Origin: the human T2T-CHM13v2.0 reference genome, Homo sapiens
DNA: 64,000 bases
Assembly (NCBI RefSeq): GCF_009914755.1
Contig: NC_060930.1
Reading direction: 5' to 3' (one strand)
Shown: positions 14,140 through 28,280 of the stretch, one piece after another
How the letters are laid out: every line of letters begins with the position of its first letter
Numbering within the stretch: position 1 is the first letter of the stretch
Position numbers and translations under genes: made by a program
The notes under the pieces: generated by a model
What the model was told of the DNA's origin: nothing
The model's input: only the letters and a program-made list of their open reading frames with translations
The model's database searches: none

Positions 14140-14504
14140 TGTATTAGTTCGTTTTCACACTGCTATAAGGAACTGCCCAAGTCTGGGTAATTTTATAAAG
14201 GAAAGAGGTTTAATTGACTCACAGTTCAGCTTGGCTGGGGGGGCCTCAGGAAATTTACAATCATGGTGCAAGGCAAAGGGGAAGAAAGGCACCTTCTTCA
14301 CAAGGCAGCAGGAAGAAGTGCCCAGCAAAGGGGGAAGATATCCTTATAAAACTATCAGATCTCATGAGAACTCACTCACTATCATGAGAACAGCATGGGG
14401 GAAACCACCCCCCTGATTCAATCACCCACACCTGGTCTCTCCCTTGATGTGGGGATTATGGGAATTAGAATTCAAGTTGAGATTTTAACAGCCAAACCAT
14501 ATCA
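14140..14504 (-). mobile_element. THE1 (THE1D-like) MaLR solo LTR
   Basis: Ends tgtattagt... / ...cagccaaaccatatca; 5-bp TSD catcc at 14135-14139 and 14505-14509. Confidence 0.92.
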
Positions 14505-15376
14505 CATCCCATGCTCTTGAACAGGAAAAATCAATATTGTTAAAATGACCATAGTACCCAAAGCAATCTACAGAGTCAATGCAATTCCTATCAAATTACC
14601 CATGCCATTTTTCACAGAATTAGAAAAAATGATCCTAAAATTCACATGGAACCAGAAAAGAGCCCAAATAATGAAAGTAATCCTAAGCACAAAGAACAAA
14701 TCTGGAGGCATCACATTACCTGACTTCAAGTTATACTACAAGGGCTATAGTAACCAAAACAGTGTGGTACTGTTATAAAAATAAACACATGTATCAATGG
14801 AACAGAATAGAGAACCCAGAAATAAAGCCACATCCCTACAACCAAGTGATCTTTGACAAAGTCAACAAAAATGTACATTGGGGAAGTGATGTTCTATTCG
14901 ATAAATGGTGCCAGCAAAATTGGATAGCCATATGCAGAAGAATGAAACTAGATCCGTACCTCTCACCACATATGAAAATTAACACAAGGTAGATGAACAA
15001 CCTAAACATAAGACCTGATACTATAAAAACCCTCGTTTTCTTAAAAATAAGAAAACCTAGGAAAAACTCTTCTGGACATTGGCCTAGGTAAAGAATTTAT
15101 GACCAAGTCCTGAAAAGCAAACACAATAAAAACAAAGGTAGACAAATGGGACTTAATTAAACTAAAAAGCTTCTGCACAGCAAAAGAAACAATCAACAGA
15201 GTAAACAGACAACCTACAGAATGGGAAAAGTATTTGCAAACTGCGCATCCAACAAAGGGCTAACATCCAGAATCTGCAAGGAACTCAAACAACTCAAGAA
15301 GAAAAAAGCAAATAACCTCATGAAAAAGTGGGCATAGGACATGAAGAGACATTCATCAAAAGAAGACATAAAGTGA

Positions 15377-15691
<315 letters not shown>

Positions 15692-15998
15692 TTAAAATAT
15701 GCTCACCATCACTAATAATCAGATAAATACAAATTAAAACCATAATAAGATACCATCTTACACCAGTCAGTATGGTTATTATTATTATTAAAACTGCTAA
15801 AAACAATAGATGTGGGTGAGGATGTGGAGAAAAGGAAATGCTTATACATTGTTGATGGGAATGTAAATTAGAACAACCACCATGGAAAACAGTATGAAAC
15901 TTTCTCAAAGAACTAAAAATAGAGCTATTATTCAATCCACAATCCCACTACTAGGTATTTATCGAAAGGGAAAAATATTATTATATCAAAAAAATGCT

Positions 15999-16308
15999 GA
16001 CTGGGCACAGTGGCTCACATCTGTAATTCCAGCACTTTGGGAGGCTGAGGTGGGTGGATCCCTGAGGTCAGGAGTTCAAGACCAGCCTGGCCAACATGGT
16101 GAAACCCTGTCTCTACTAAGAATATAAAAAAAAATTAGCCGGTCGTGATGGTGGATGCCTATAATCCCAGCTACTTGGGAGGCTGAGGCAGAAGAATCAC
16201 TAGAACTTGAGAGGCAGACTTTGCCATGAGCTGAGATTGCACCACTGCACTTCAGCCTGGGTGACAGTGCAAGACTGTCTCAAAAAAAAAAAAAAAAAAA
16301 AAAAAAAA
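15999..16308 (+). mobile_element. AluS (Sx/Sz-like)
   Basis: Full dimer with A27 tail inside L1 ORF2 3' region. Confidence 0.95.
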
Positions 16309-16439
16309 GATACCTGCACTTATGTGTTTATTGCAGCACTATTCACAACAGCAAAGATATAGAATCAACCTAACTCCATCAATGGTGGACTGAACGAAGA
16401 AAATGTGAGATCTACATCTAGATCTCATATTTTGGATCT

Positions 16440-16506
16440 CATATATATATTAATATACATATATACACACACATATATATATATCTAAAAGATATATATA
16501 TATATA
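16440..16506. repeat. (TA)n/(CA)n compound microsatellite
   Basis: Direct read. Confidence 0.9.
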
Positions 16507-17160
16507 ACTTTATTCTTTTTTATGACTGAGTAGTATTCTGTGGTGTGTGTGAATACTACTTAGTCATAAAAAAGAATGAAGTCATGTCTTTTGCAGCAAT
16601 ATGGATGAAACATCCATGGATGGAACTGGAGGCCATTATCCTTAGTGAAATAACTCAGAAACAGAAAGTCAAACATCACATATTCTCACTTAGAAGTGGG
16701 AGCTGAATAATGGATACACATGGACACACAGAGTGGAATAATAGACATCGGAGATGACAAAAGGTGGGAAGGGGTGAGAGGGTGAGGGTTGAAAACTTAC
16801 CTATTGGGTAAAATGTTCACTATTAGGGTAATAAGCACACTAAAAGCCTAGACTTCACCCTATGCAATGTATGCATGGAAGAAATCTGCACTTGTACCCA
16901 CCAACTATATACAATTTTAAAACTTTTTAAAATAAAAATATATATTAAATGAGTACTTTTTTTCACATTTTACAGAAATACATGTTAACATTTTTTAAAA
17001 TATGATTACATCTTTGCTTATTCAGGTTCTTTCAAGATATTAAGTTTCTCTGTATAGTGAAACACACAATGAAGAGTACCTATTTTATGTCTGTTATTTG
17101 TCTTCAAGGCGGGTAAGTTCTTACAGAGCAACAAGATTCTTTTAAGAGGACTCTGGATGT

Positions 17161-17445
17161 GATAATAACTAGCATTCTTTGATGGTCTCAAAGTGCACAT
17201 GCTATTAGATTGATGCAAAAGTAATTGCGGTGTTGCCATTAAAAGTCATTTCGAAAACGGCAGTTACTTTTGCATCAACCTAATAGTTGAGTCCTTACAG
17301 TAATTCTGAGGGGGTATTATTTGTATTTCACACAAGTGGCCACTCAGATGCAAGAAATGAAGTAAATTACCTGAACTCAACATTGCTAAGAAGAAAGCAG
17401 AGCTGGGATTCAAATCGAGGTCTTCTGATTCCAAATTCCATACAC
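17161..17445 (-). mobile_element. MIR SINE, split by MADE1
   Basis: ataataactagcatt... and ...gcagagctgggattcaaatcgaggtcttctgattccaaa antisense MIR motifs. Confidence 0.65.
17205..17283 (-). mobile_element. MADE1 (Hsmar1-derived MITE)
   Basis: 79-bp palindromic element ttagattgatgcaaaagtaattgcgg...gcagttacttttgcatcaacctaa flanked by TA TSD. Confidence 0.95.
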
Positions 17446-17565
17446 CACACATCATGTACCAGTATTCCTTCTAACTTAACATTCTTAATTGCAGAAGACA
17501 CTGAATATTAGAAAAAGGGAGGTGACTAAAATCAATTCTCACTTCCAAGCATGCTGTGGGGCTAC

Positions 17566-17590
17566 TTTTTTTTTTTTTTTTTTTTTTTTT
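17566..17590. repeat. T25 homopolymer
   Basis: Direct read. Confidence 0.95.
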
Positions 17591-19120
17591 ACCAGTTCCA
17601 TACGTGTGTGTCTACTTGCCATTTCTACCCTGTCCCTTCCTGTTCCCTCCTCTTCTATCCTGTCATCCACTCTCCTCTTCACTCTTATCTACCTTCCCAT
17701 CTATCATCTTCTCTTACATACATCGATAGACTACAGGTAGACACTTTTTATTTCACCATAGCAGTAACTCAGATTTCCGATAAATGGAAAACAACATTAA
17801 ATGCACTAATTTTAACATGTTATCATTGAGCTTGCAATGAGTTTTTTAAAAATAGTATTGATTACCTGAAAGTGTACTTGAGAAAGTGACTTAAATATCA
17901 TTTTACAAGATTGGATTGGGTTAAGGACAATCTTCCTGAGTCTGGACCACATCTGTCAACCAAGCTACAGAGTTTGCAGGGAGGCGAGAATGAGTTTGGG
18001 CCGAAGGTCTTTGGGACCCTCACCCTGGAGGGCACATCTTTGAGTTTCTTCTTCTCCTAGGAATTCTCCTTTCAGGGTGAGTTAAATTAATTTGAACATA
18101 CCTACCTGGCCATGAAGGGTTTGGTGCTCTGTTACATGAAAAGAAATGTCTGTGATTATGAAGATGATTAATATTTTTACTTTCAGATTGGTCCCCAAGG
18201 AAGAGAAATAATGGTTCCTGAGCCAAATGTATCTTCCACTGAGAGTGAGAAAATGTAAGTCACTTAGGGGAGAAATCTTGTTCTAGCCAAAAGGACAGGC
18301 AGTGGCTGCAAAAAAACAAGTTGTTGCAGTGCTTACAGCACTGATTAAAGCATCAGCCCCTCCTTAGCTTCTCCAATCCCACTCTAAGTCACCACTAATC
18401 TAATTCTACCAAGGCTCTCCAATAGATCCCATTCTGCAGTTTATATATTTGGTGGTAAATTTGTGTGTAAGTGATCCTAAGAAACTGCTAACCCACAACA
18501 ACCATGATGCTTAAAGAAGATGGGGAAAGGGTTATCTCTCGTTCTCTTTGACGAAAGTGTCATTGGAAGGAAAGTCTGACGTATTCCCAGTTGGTTTTGT
18601 GCCAGACTCAGAAATCCATCTTAGGTGGGGAAACAGAGCACATTAGAAAATTAAATGATCTGGTAGTCTCTGATCCCAAAGGACTAAAAATCCAGTTGGA
18701 AACCAAGATCTAGACAGAAGAAAATCTAATAGCAAGCAAAGGGCCAATGACAATAAAGCCAACAAAATAAAAAGTAAGCCAGAACACCAGCCATAAGTTC
18801 AGGAAAGGGAGAAAAGAACATAACATCCTACAGAAGATTTTTTGGGGCAACATTAAAGGTTTTGAGCATAATCACACAGTTCACCCCTGTTTAGAAAGAG
18901 TACAGGTTTCTGCTAAAAGGTTGTAAGGGCCACAGGTAATGTTGGCATGCTGGTGAGACCTAGACTTTTGCACTGTTCCATCCACTATGCCAAGCCTGCT
19001 GCTCGAGATACAAGGGACCCTGTAATTGCTTTAATATTGCTGCTAACATGGAAATTATTAAATTCATTACCTGATCCCTCTGAATTCCAAGTCAGTGTCC
19101 CAATTAAAAAAAAAAGTTAT

Positions 19121-19374
<254 letters not shown>

Positions 19375-20878
19375 GAAAAATGTTATTTTCATTTTAGTTT
19401 AATTTGTTCTTCTTTATAGGTCATGAAAAAAAGAAGCAAAAGTTTGTCCAGTGTCCTACTTCAGTGACAGAAGTAAAATGGCCACTTTTCACTTGTTGGT
19501 TTCCCTACAGTGCACCATATGGTTGCTGTGCCAGCGGGCTTAGGGGAGGAGGGGAAACCATGAGCCTCCCATGGCCTCAGCTCCAGCACTTGCCTCTCAG
19601 GCCTGCAGGACTGCAGGTCCCCACCCTGCGTTCCTATCCCAGACCATCCCAAGTCTCCTGTCGTTTAAAAGAAAGGAATGTGTTTACTTTTAAGACTAGA
19701 ACGTTAAGCCTGAAATATAATTGGCTGCCCTCGATAAAGCAGAATTTGGGCCAAACAGGCCCTATCCTGAGAGAATGCATGACTTTTAATAACTAAAAAC
19801 CAGGTACAGTTGGTCGTGAATGATAACATACTAGGGTGTTTCCAAATAACTCAAAGACCTTTTGCTGTTGGGAGACTGGCTACCTTGACTATTTATTAGA
19901 TCCAATTGCAAGTAGAAACTACTCTTTAAAAAAAAACAAAAAACAAAAACGCAGCTGTCTATAGTCCAAAACCATGGAAACCAGCTCTCTCTGCAAACAA
20001 TGAGCCTGCTTCCCGCCAAGACAGCCAGAGCTTCTCAGTTCTCATGATTTTCTTCCAAATCCCAAACACCAAATGCCTTTAAAATGCACAAAAGAGCAAG
20101 GAGCCTACTGAATTGGCAGTTATTCCTGCTCCTTTTTAGTCAATGTCTGTGTAAAGAAAGGAAAGGCATAAAAAGATATGTGTTTTGCTTGGTTAGAGTT
20201 TCCAAAGACAAGATGGCCTCAGGACAAGTTAAGCCTCTGCTTAGAGAGCTGCTTGGAGCAACCCAGGGAGCGCTTCTGCATTTTCATGGCCAATGTATAT
20301 TTTCCTTCTCAGCAAAGGCCTTGTTCCAGGGGAAACTGAAATGTATGAGGTCCAGAAGGAACCCCATAGAAACCACACTGCATCTCAACAGGGCCACAGT
20401 CAGCACATAGTTTCCAGGTTATAAACCTCCCTCCCACTTCACCCTTCAATCCCAGAGAGTCTGCAGTCTGCTTTACAAACACTCTTGCGACATATGACTA
20501 GAAGCCCATGTGAACTGGAATCTTAAATGCACACCAAAACGCAGATTATGCTATCAGGGTCATCCTGCAAGGCCCCCTGTTCCCCCAGAGGCCAACCCAA
20601 GCAAAACTGAGGCACAGCTGAGGCCCCATGCTGTAAGAGGCTTTCCACCTCCCACCTCAGCAGCCTGCCCACGTCCACAGGCCCAAAGCAGTGTCCTCAG
20701 GCCCAAGGCAGTGTCCTCATGGACTGGGACCCTCTGTTCACACAAGACGGCTAGCTGTTACTCAAGCTACATCAGCACAGCCCAGGATCGCTTATCTCTT
20801 CCTGAGAACCTCTCCACTGCCTTGGGGTCAAGTTGCCCCTCAGTGCTCCCTGTATCTGCATATTGCTCCTACTCCAGC

Positions 20879-20978
20879 TCCTTCACCAGGCTGTGAGCTC
20901 CATTCTGTTCACTGCTGCATCCCTGGTCCTTAGTTCAGTGCCTGCTACTCAGCAGAAGCTCAATAGACATTTCTTGAA
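20879..20978 (+). mobile_element. L2 3' end fragment
   Basis: ctgtgagctcc...ctgttcactgctgcatccc...cagtgcctg...ctcaatagacatttcttgaa. Confidence 0.65.
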
Positions 20979-21154
20979 AGTTGTTGGAGCATCAGTGTTG
21001 GAGAGATCCATGCTAACTATCCATTCATTAGAATGAATCTCTATTGGTAGAAGTTCAGTGAAAGAAATGTGAGTAAAAGAGATATTTGGAGCAGAGGGCA
21101 ACTTCCAAAAATCCATCAGATAGGCTGCCACCTGTGTATCAGCCTGCCCTGTGC

Positions 21155-21227
21155 ATCAGCTGTAACCTTTATTGTGTCTTGGAGTTCTTTGAGAATGTGA
21201 TTAAATCTATACACCCTTTATTCAAAA

Positions 21228-21278
<51 letters not shown>

Positions 21279-21355
21279 CATTGTTGTCTGTAATTTCAAG
21301 AGTTTTAGAGGATCCCCTGAAGCACATTTCTGGGACCTCAGGCTAAGAACACCTG
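21155..21355. mobile_element. Old hAT-Charlie-type MITE containing a (CA)n tract
   Basis: tttgagaatgtgattaaatctat... and TIR-like end ggctaagaacacctg; subfamily not resolved. Confidence 0.5.
21231..21276. repeat. (CA)23 microsatellite
   Basis: Direct read. Confidence 0.97.
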
Positions 21356-21699
21356 CGCCATCTTAAAATTTGATACTTTTCTCTGCTTCTATTTTAGTCT
21401 TCTACCTCCCTGAGGGCAGGAAGGAAATCTTAGTCAACTCTGTGTCTACCATCATTCCTTGCACATAGTGGGGATCCCTTGAAAAAAATGCACACAAACC
21501 GAGAAAGCAATGAACCAGTGACTCTTGAAATACAGTAATAGCACCGATCCTAAGCAATCCACCATTTGCTTCTGTACTTTCCCTCCACCTACCCACCCAT
21601 GGAAGCATGTCTAAGACTTGCAGAGTCAGAAATAAGGAGTGCTTCTGACATCTATGCAGAGCAAACAACCAAGAGTGCCTGCCCCAGGATATTGTCCTC

Positions 21700-22440
21700 T
21701 GTGGTGAGGGAGACGGTTGCAGGACTGTCCCCAGAGGATGCTTTCTAAACCTATGGGGGCAAGTTTTGGTTGTCACAATAATCAGGGGGCCACCGTCAAT
21801 GTTTATTGGGTGAGACACCAGACATGTTGCAATGTCTAGGCTAATTCTGCATTGCAAAGAATTGTCCAAAGTCTCACATGACTCCCAATTGTACCATCAG
21901 ATATTCATGTAGGTGAAAACATATTTATAGATCTGTGATTCTGGATCCTAACTCTGTGTTACAAAGTAATTTTTGTACAGTTCTTAAGGTACACTGAATT
22001 TTCCAAAAATGCAGCTACCACATAAGTCCATGTGAGATTGTAGATTGTTTGGTTGGAACTTTACCAAGAGCTGTTCACCTTTTGAAAAATCTCAATGCTA
22101 ATGTCTACACCTCTGTTGGGATTTGAGCCAGCGGCGAAGCACACCTGTATCATGCTACATGTGAGAACCATTATATTCAGTGATTCTACATAGGTATGCA
22201 AGCTCTGACTACTTTATCATGTCATCTGTTGTAGTTGTACCCAAGCATTTACATATTTAAATGTATATTCCTCTTTAAAATTATTTTTTAACATTTCTCA
22301 TTTATATTCCAGTAAGAATATTCTATTGAATTTCAAAATTATGTTTAGAAGTTTTGTTACCTAGATGTTTAATTTCAAGAGATTAAAAGAAATGTTACAA
22401 AAAGTTTCCTATAAAAAGGAAATTAAGTCTGACAGTGAAC
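21700..22440 (+). mobile_element. MER20B (hAT-Charlie)
   Basis: gatattcatgtaggtgaaaac, ggaactttaccaagagctgttcacc, cacacctgtatca, gtgattctacatagg, gcatttacatatt match the MER20B consensus as I recall it. Confidence 0.8.
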
Positions 22441-22461
22441 TACAGCAACACCATTTATATG

Positions 22462-22975
22462 GTGAATCATTAAGGATGCTTTTAGATGCAAGTAACATCA
22501 TGCTAAATGTGGTTTGAAAAATAAAGATGTTAGTTTTCTCATAAAACAAGAAGCCCAGAGGTAGGTATTTTCAGTGTTGGCTTAGTGGCTTAATGAGGTG
22601 GAAAAGAACCCAGGTGACTGTCATCTTTCTGCTCGGCTACCTTCAGTGAGTTGTCATTTATCCTCAGGATTGTCCCTTCGAGGTTGCAAGAGAACTGCTG
22701 CAGCTCAGTCTCTATCCAAAAGGAAGAGGCACTAATTTTCCCTTGCATAGATCTTTTAACTAAAGAAGAAGGTTTTTTCCAGAAGCTCCAGGGAAGACTT
22801 TCATTCTGGTTTAATTCACCGGGATTTAACTAGATGCTGATGGCAATAAGGGGAGCTGGGAAAGCTAGTGTTTTCAGTATTAAATACAGGTGGCTCTGCT
22901 GGTGAGGCTCTGGACAGGGGACTCAGGGGGCACAGGTGCAAATGGCTGTTGGTTGCAAACATAACTGCTTGCTAT
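22462..22975 (-). mobile_element. MLT1K/L-type MaLR solo LTR
   Basis: gatgcaagtaac, acaagaagcccagaggtagg, atctttctgctc, ggttgcaag...gctgcagctc, ttccagaagctcc motifs. Confidence 0.65.
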
Positions 22976-23018
22976 GATTACTCAGAACAAAAAACACCTA
23001 ACAAATGGTAGGTTTTAG

Positions 23019-23462
<444 letters not shown>

Positions 23463-23653
23463 TAGTTGCCATAATTTGATTTTAAATCAAAATGGCATGT
23501 TCTATGTTCAAAAATGATTCAACTGTGCCACCTACCTCATGGCTTTGGTGTGGGTGACAAGTGAGAATATATGCAATTACACCTCTAAGATATTCTTGAT
23601 CTGATAGCATTATCCCCAGAGAATGCATATGAAGCGTAGCTCTAAGTTTATTT

Positions 23654-24612
23654 ATTTATTTTTCACAGAATACAAATCAAAGTTTATTGTACAAAATTAA
23701 GGCCTTCGTATTTCATAATTCACCAAGGCTAAAGAAATACTAGATAATTTAAGTCCTTCACAAAAATTTCACTTTCACTTCCCCTAATCTCTATTACAAT
23801 GACCCAACCAAATGTTAGCAAAACAAACACTATAAATAACACCAAGTCCTTTAAAGATGACTCTCCCAAATTTTATTTCTTGGCATAGGTGATCTTCATA
23901 GCATGGGATGTTGTGATCTTAAATCCCTGTAAAGCATCCCTGGCAGCTCCAGCCTTCCCATCATTTTCAAATTCAACAAAAGCAATGTCATGCCTCCCTG
24001 GTACTAGACATACTTCCTTGAAGCCAGGGAACTGATTAAACAGCATGGATAACATCATCTCATTAGTCTCTTCTGGTAAGTTATTAAGGAATAAAATATA
24101 GTTTGGAGGGTAATCGAGGACCTGAGGATTTGGTGTTGAATTTCCTTGGGTACTAGCTGAATTTGGAGTTCCCTAGCCAGGCCTTTTGTTTGTGGTTGTT
24201 GCAGTCTGTTCCACAGTTTTGGCTTTTTTCTTTTCTTTGTCAGCAAAAGTGCCACACATTTCAGATATTATATCCAAATCTGTTTTTGCATATGTATTCG
24301 CATTGGTTTACCATAAAATGGAAATCCTTGTGACTGTCTCTAAGCATTTGTGGATGAGCCCAGTTCCTTAAATATGACAAAGCCCTGCCCCTCATCTTCA
24401 TGGTCTTTAAAGCCACAAAGTCCACCACATGACCAAACTGAGAAAACAGGGCATATAGGCATCTCTTCAATTCTTCCTTTTTAATTTTGTCATTCATATT
24501 GTTGATATAAATTGTATGATTTGGTCTGATATCCATGTTTGCGTTAAATTCTTCAGAAAGAGACAGTAAATAATCTAAGGCCTATGCCATCTCCCGTAAG
24601 AAACAAAAACTA
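23654..24612 (-). pseudogene. SNRPB2: Processed pseudogene of SNRPB2 (U2 snRNP B''); possibly the annotated SNRPB2P1, locus name not verified
   Basis: Intronless CDS 24536-23873: [25 protein letters not shown]... to ...[12 protein letters not shown]...[11 protein letters not shown]; 1-nt deletions at ~24390 and ~24292, 12-nt deletion at ~24230; AATAAA at 23688-23683; poly-A remnant; TSD ctctaagtttattt 23640-23653 / 24613-24626. Confidence 0.96.
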
Positions 24613-25010
24613 CTCTAAGTTTATTTTAAGCTAGGTTTCACAGCCTAAACGAAAATTAAAATGGAAAAAAAAATGTGTGAGACTGAAATTTTGCGATCTA
24701 ACTTTCAAATTCACACAGAGATCTGATAGGCTAGACTACTAGAATATTGAGAATGCAACCTTTAAAAAAATGGAAATAGCAAAAAGGAGAATCTTCTGTC
24801 CTGTTTTAATCCCCACTGGCCGTGCCCTGTCGAGATCTAGAACACAATTAGGCACCAGAACCAGGAGCCAACAAAGGGTGATGCTGTTCTCTCCAGCTGC
24901 CACATGCTGAGCATCTCCATGCTCTTTGGTGCTGCTCAGTGGAGCCAGAGCTAACCCCAGGGACCAGATGTCTGGGTTTGCCCAGGAAGGTCTCACTTCA
25001 CTCATACTAC

Positions 25011-25757
25011 TGATATGCACAAGAGGCAAGGAAATACCGGGTAGTAGAGGGTGGTTCCCCAGCAAAGGCCCCACCCTCAAGCCTGGTCACCCAAGGCCTT
25101 AAATGGGAATAGGCATTCCTGTTTTTGTCCCCAACTGTTGCCTTTTCCAAGACCACCCTGGCCCACCACACCCCCCATCCTGTACCCATAAAAATCTGCT
25201 CCACGAGCAGAAGCATGGCAGAGCAGCAGAGCAGCAGAGCGGCATGGCAGAGAATGAGAGAAGAGAGGAAGCACCTGAGAGGAGTTTGGCTGGGGGCAGT
25301 CGGAGAGGAGATCAGCTTCAGGATGGCTGAACTCCAGGGGAAGATCATCTTCCCACTCCATCCCCTCTCCAGCTTCCCATCCCACTGAGAGCCACCTCCA
25401 TCACCCAGTAAAATCCCCGCATTCACCATCTTTCAAGTACATGTAACCTGATTCTTCCTGGATGCAAGGCAAGAATTTGGGATGCACTGGGTTCAGAATC
25501 CCAAAAAGGCTGTCACCCTGACTCTTCACTGAGCTGTTTAACACTTAAGCCATCCCTGGACAGCAGGGCTGAAAGAGCACTGTAATACTCGTAGACACTG
25601 CCATGGGGCCAGAGCCCAAAAGTGCTCACCCTGGCTCCGGCACCTGCTCACCGGCATGCTCCCCTCCTGTAAGTGGTTTGAGCATGTGGTGGCAGAGCAA
25701 ACAAGCCACACCCCTGTTGAAAGTCCCACAGAGGGGTCCAGGGAGTCTCCCATTTCA
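25011..25757 (+). mobile_element. LTR1-family ERV1 solo LTR
   Basis: tgatatgcacaagaggcaaggaaataccgggtag...aaaggccccaccctcaagcctgg start, ...ctcccatttca end; TG...CA; 4-bp TSD ctac/ttac. Confidence 0.88.
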
Positions 25758-26544
25758 TTACTCCTACCCTAATTAAAACTGTGCTGGTTTGGGGATAGTT
25801 ACCCCATGAATCAATTTGGAAATTCTAGACCATAAAATTTCGACTCACACCCAATCCCTCAGCTGAAGAAAGAAAAGCTAAAAGAAGGGGAAAGCTGTAG
25901 GGTTGGGGAGTTGGAGCAGAAGAGGGTTAAGCAGGAAGAAAAAAAAAGAGTAGGCCATTAAGAAAATAAAAACTCAGGCCCTACATTAGGAAGAACAAAA
26001 ATTCAGAATGCCATTCCTCCAGGTATTCTCCTTCTTGGCTGGGAGGGCTGGTGGGGAAGGAAAATTTCACAACAGCCCAATGAATGGATGGCTTGTTTCC
26101 CTCCAAGGAGGCTTACAGCTGGACACCAGTAGTCCGAATAGCAGTCCTGTTTCTCAGGCAGGCTTCCAAGGCCGCCAAGTGTTACAAGCCCTTCATAGAG
26201 CAGTGGATTTTAAAGGTGAATTGAAACTATTTTAAGATCCCTCTTGGGTAGCAGATGGACAGAATGACGGATTGTTACTATGGTGTAGTTGTTTTCATTC
26301 CTGGCCCAACTGCCACACTAAGCACATAGCACTGTGGGCTCCACAAGGGACAGGCATGGTTTGCTCTCTCTGCAAGCACGATGTGTTCTGTAAAACATGC
26401 AAGGAAAGAAGAGTGGGAACCAGATTACAAGTTCTTCTAAACAAAATAGAAAAACATTTACTAGGCCATAATAGGACTAAGCAAGCTAATGCAGAATTTC
26501 ACTTTGATATTATCTTTGAGAGCCAGTTGGGGGAAGCGGGGTGA

Positions 26545-27205
<661 letters not shown>

Positions 27206-27488
27206 GGTGGTAGTTGTCACTATTACAAGGTATAATTTCAAGGTTCCATTGTAATCTCTTAAATGTACTTAGCTATGCTCAATTTGACAGCCAGGGAAAA
27301 ATGTTTTTTTCAGAGATAAGCTACTGATATTTTGATAATGCTCCCAGTTTCCCTCCCTTGAGTAGGTCAGGAAGGAGGAAAGTTTGTGAAAGAACGGAGC
27401 TATTATAAAACATAGTTACAGGGTTGTATAGCTCTAGAGGGTTTCTGTGCTGCCCTGGTTACTTCTCTTGCTGAAAAAGAAGGAAGTG

Positions 27489-27841
<353 letters not shown>

Positions 27842-27897
27842 CTACACAAAGTACTTTATTAGGACATTTCTGTGCTACCTATGCGATGCTCAAGGAC

Positions 27898-28040
27898 TTC
27901 ATTCATTCACTCATTTATTCCACGAGTCTGTGAGCATTAACTATGGATCAAGAACTGTCCTAGGGGCTGGAGATAGAACAACAGACACAACAGGGTCCTA
28001 ACCTCAGGGCCTCACAGAGTATGGGGGATGCTGACCATTA
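27898..28040 (-). mobile_element. L2 3' end fragment
   Basis: ttcattcattcactcattta...tgtcctaggggctggagatag. Confidence 0.7.
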
Positions 28041-28280
28041 GCAATCATTAGTGATAGCTCAGGAATTCAGGGAGCAGAGAGGAAAGGGCCAAACTCATCA
28101 CTTGATGCATGGGAAAGCAATCTCAGGTACCAGCACAGGCAGAGTCCACATATGGAAGCGTTTCAAAGTGGAGAATTCCTGATTTGATGTCAGATTTAAA
28201 AGAGCAGGTAAAACTCAGAGTCAATTTAGTATGAGCAGTGAGGGGAGACAGGGGAGTTGGCAAGGCAGGGAGTAGGTACC

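Noticed and set aside
17566-17595. T25-accag as a splice acceptor or retrocopy tail
   Set aside because: No good downstream donor, no TSD and no recognisable retroposed body
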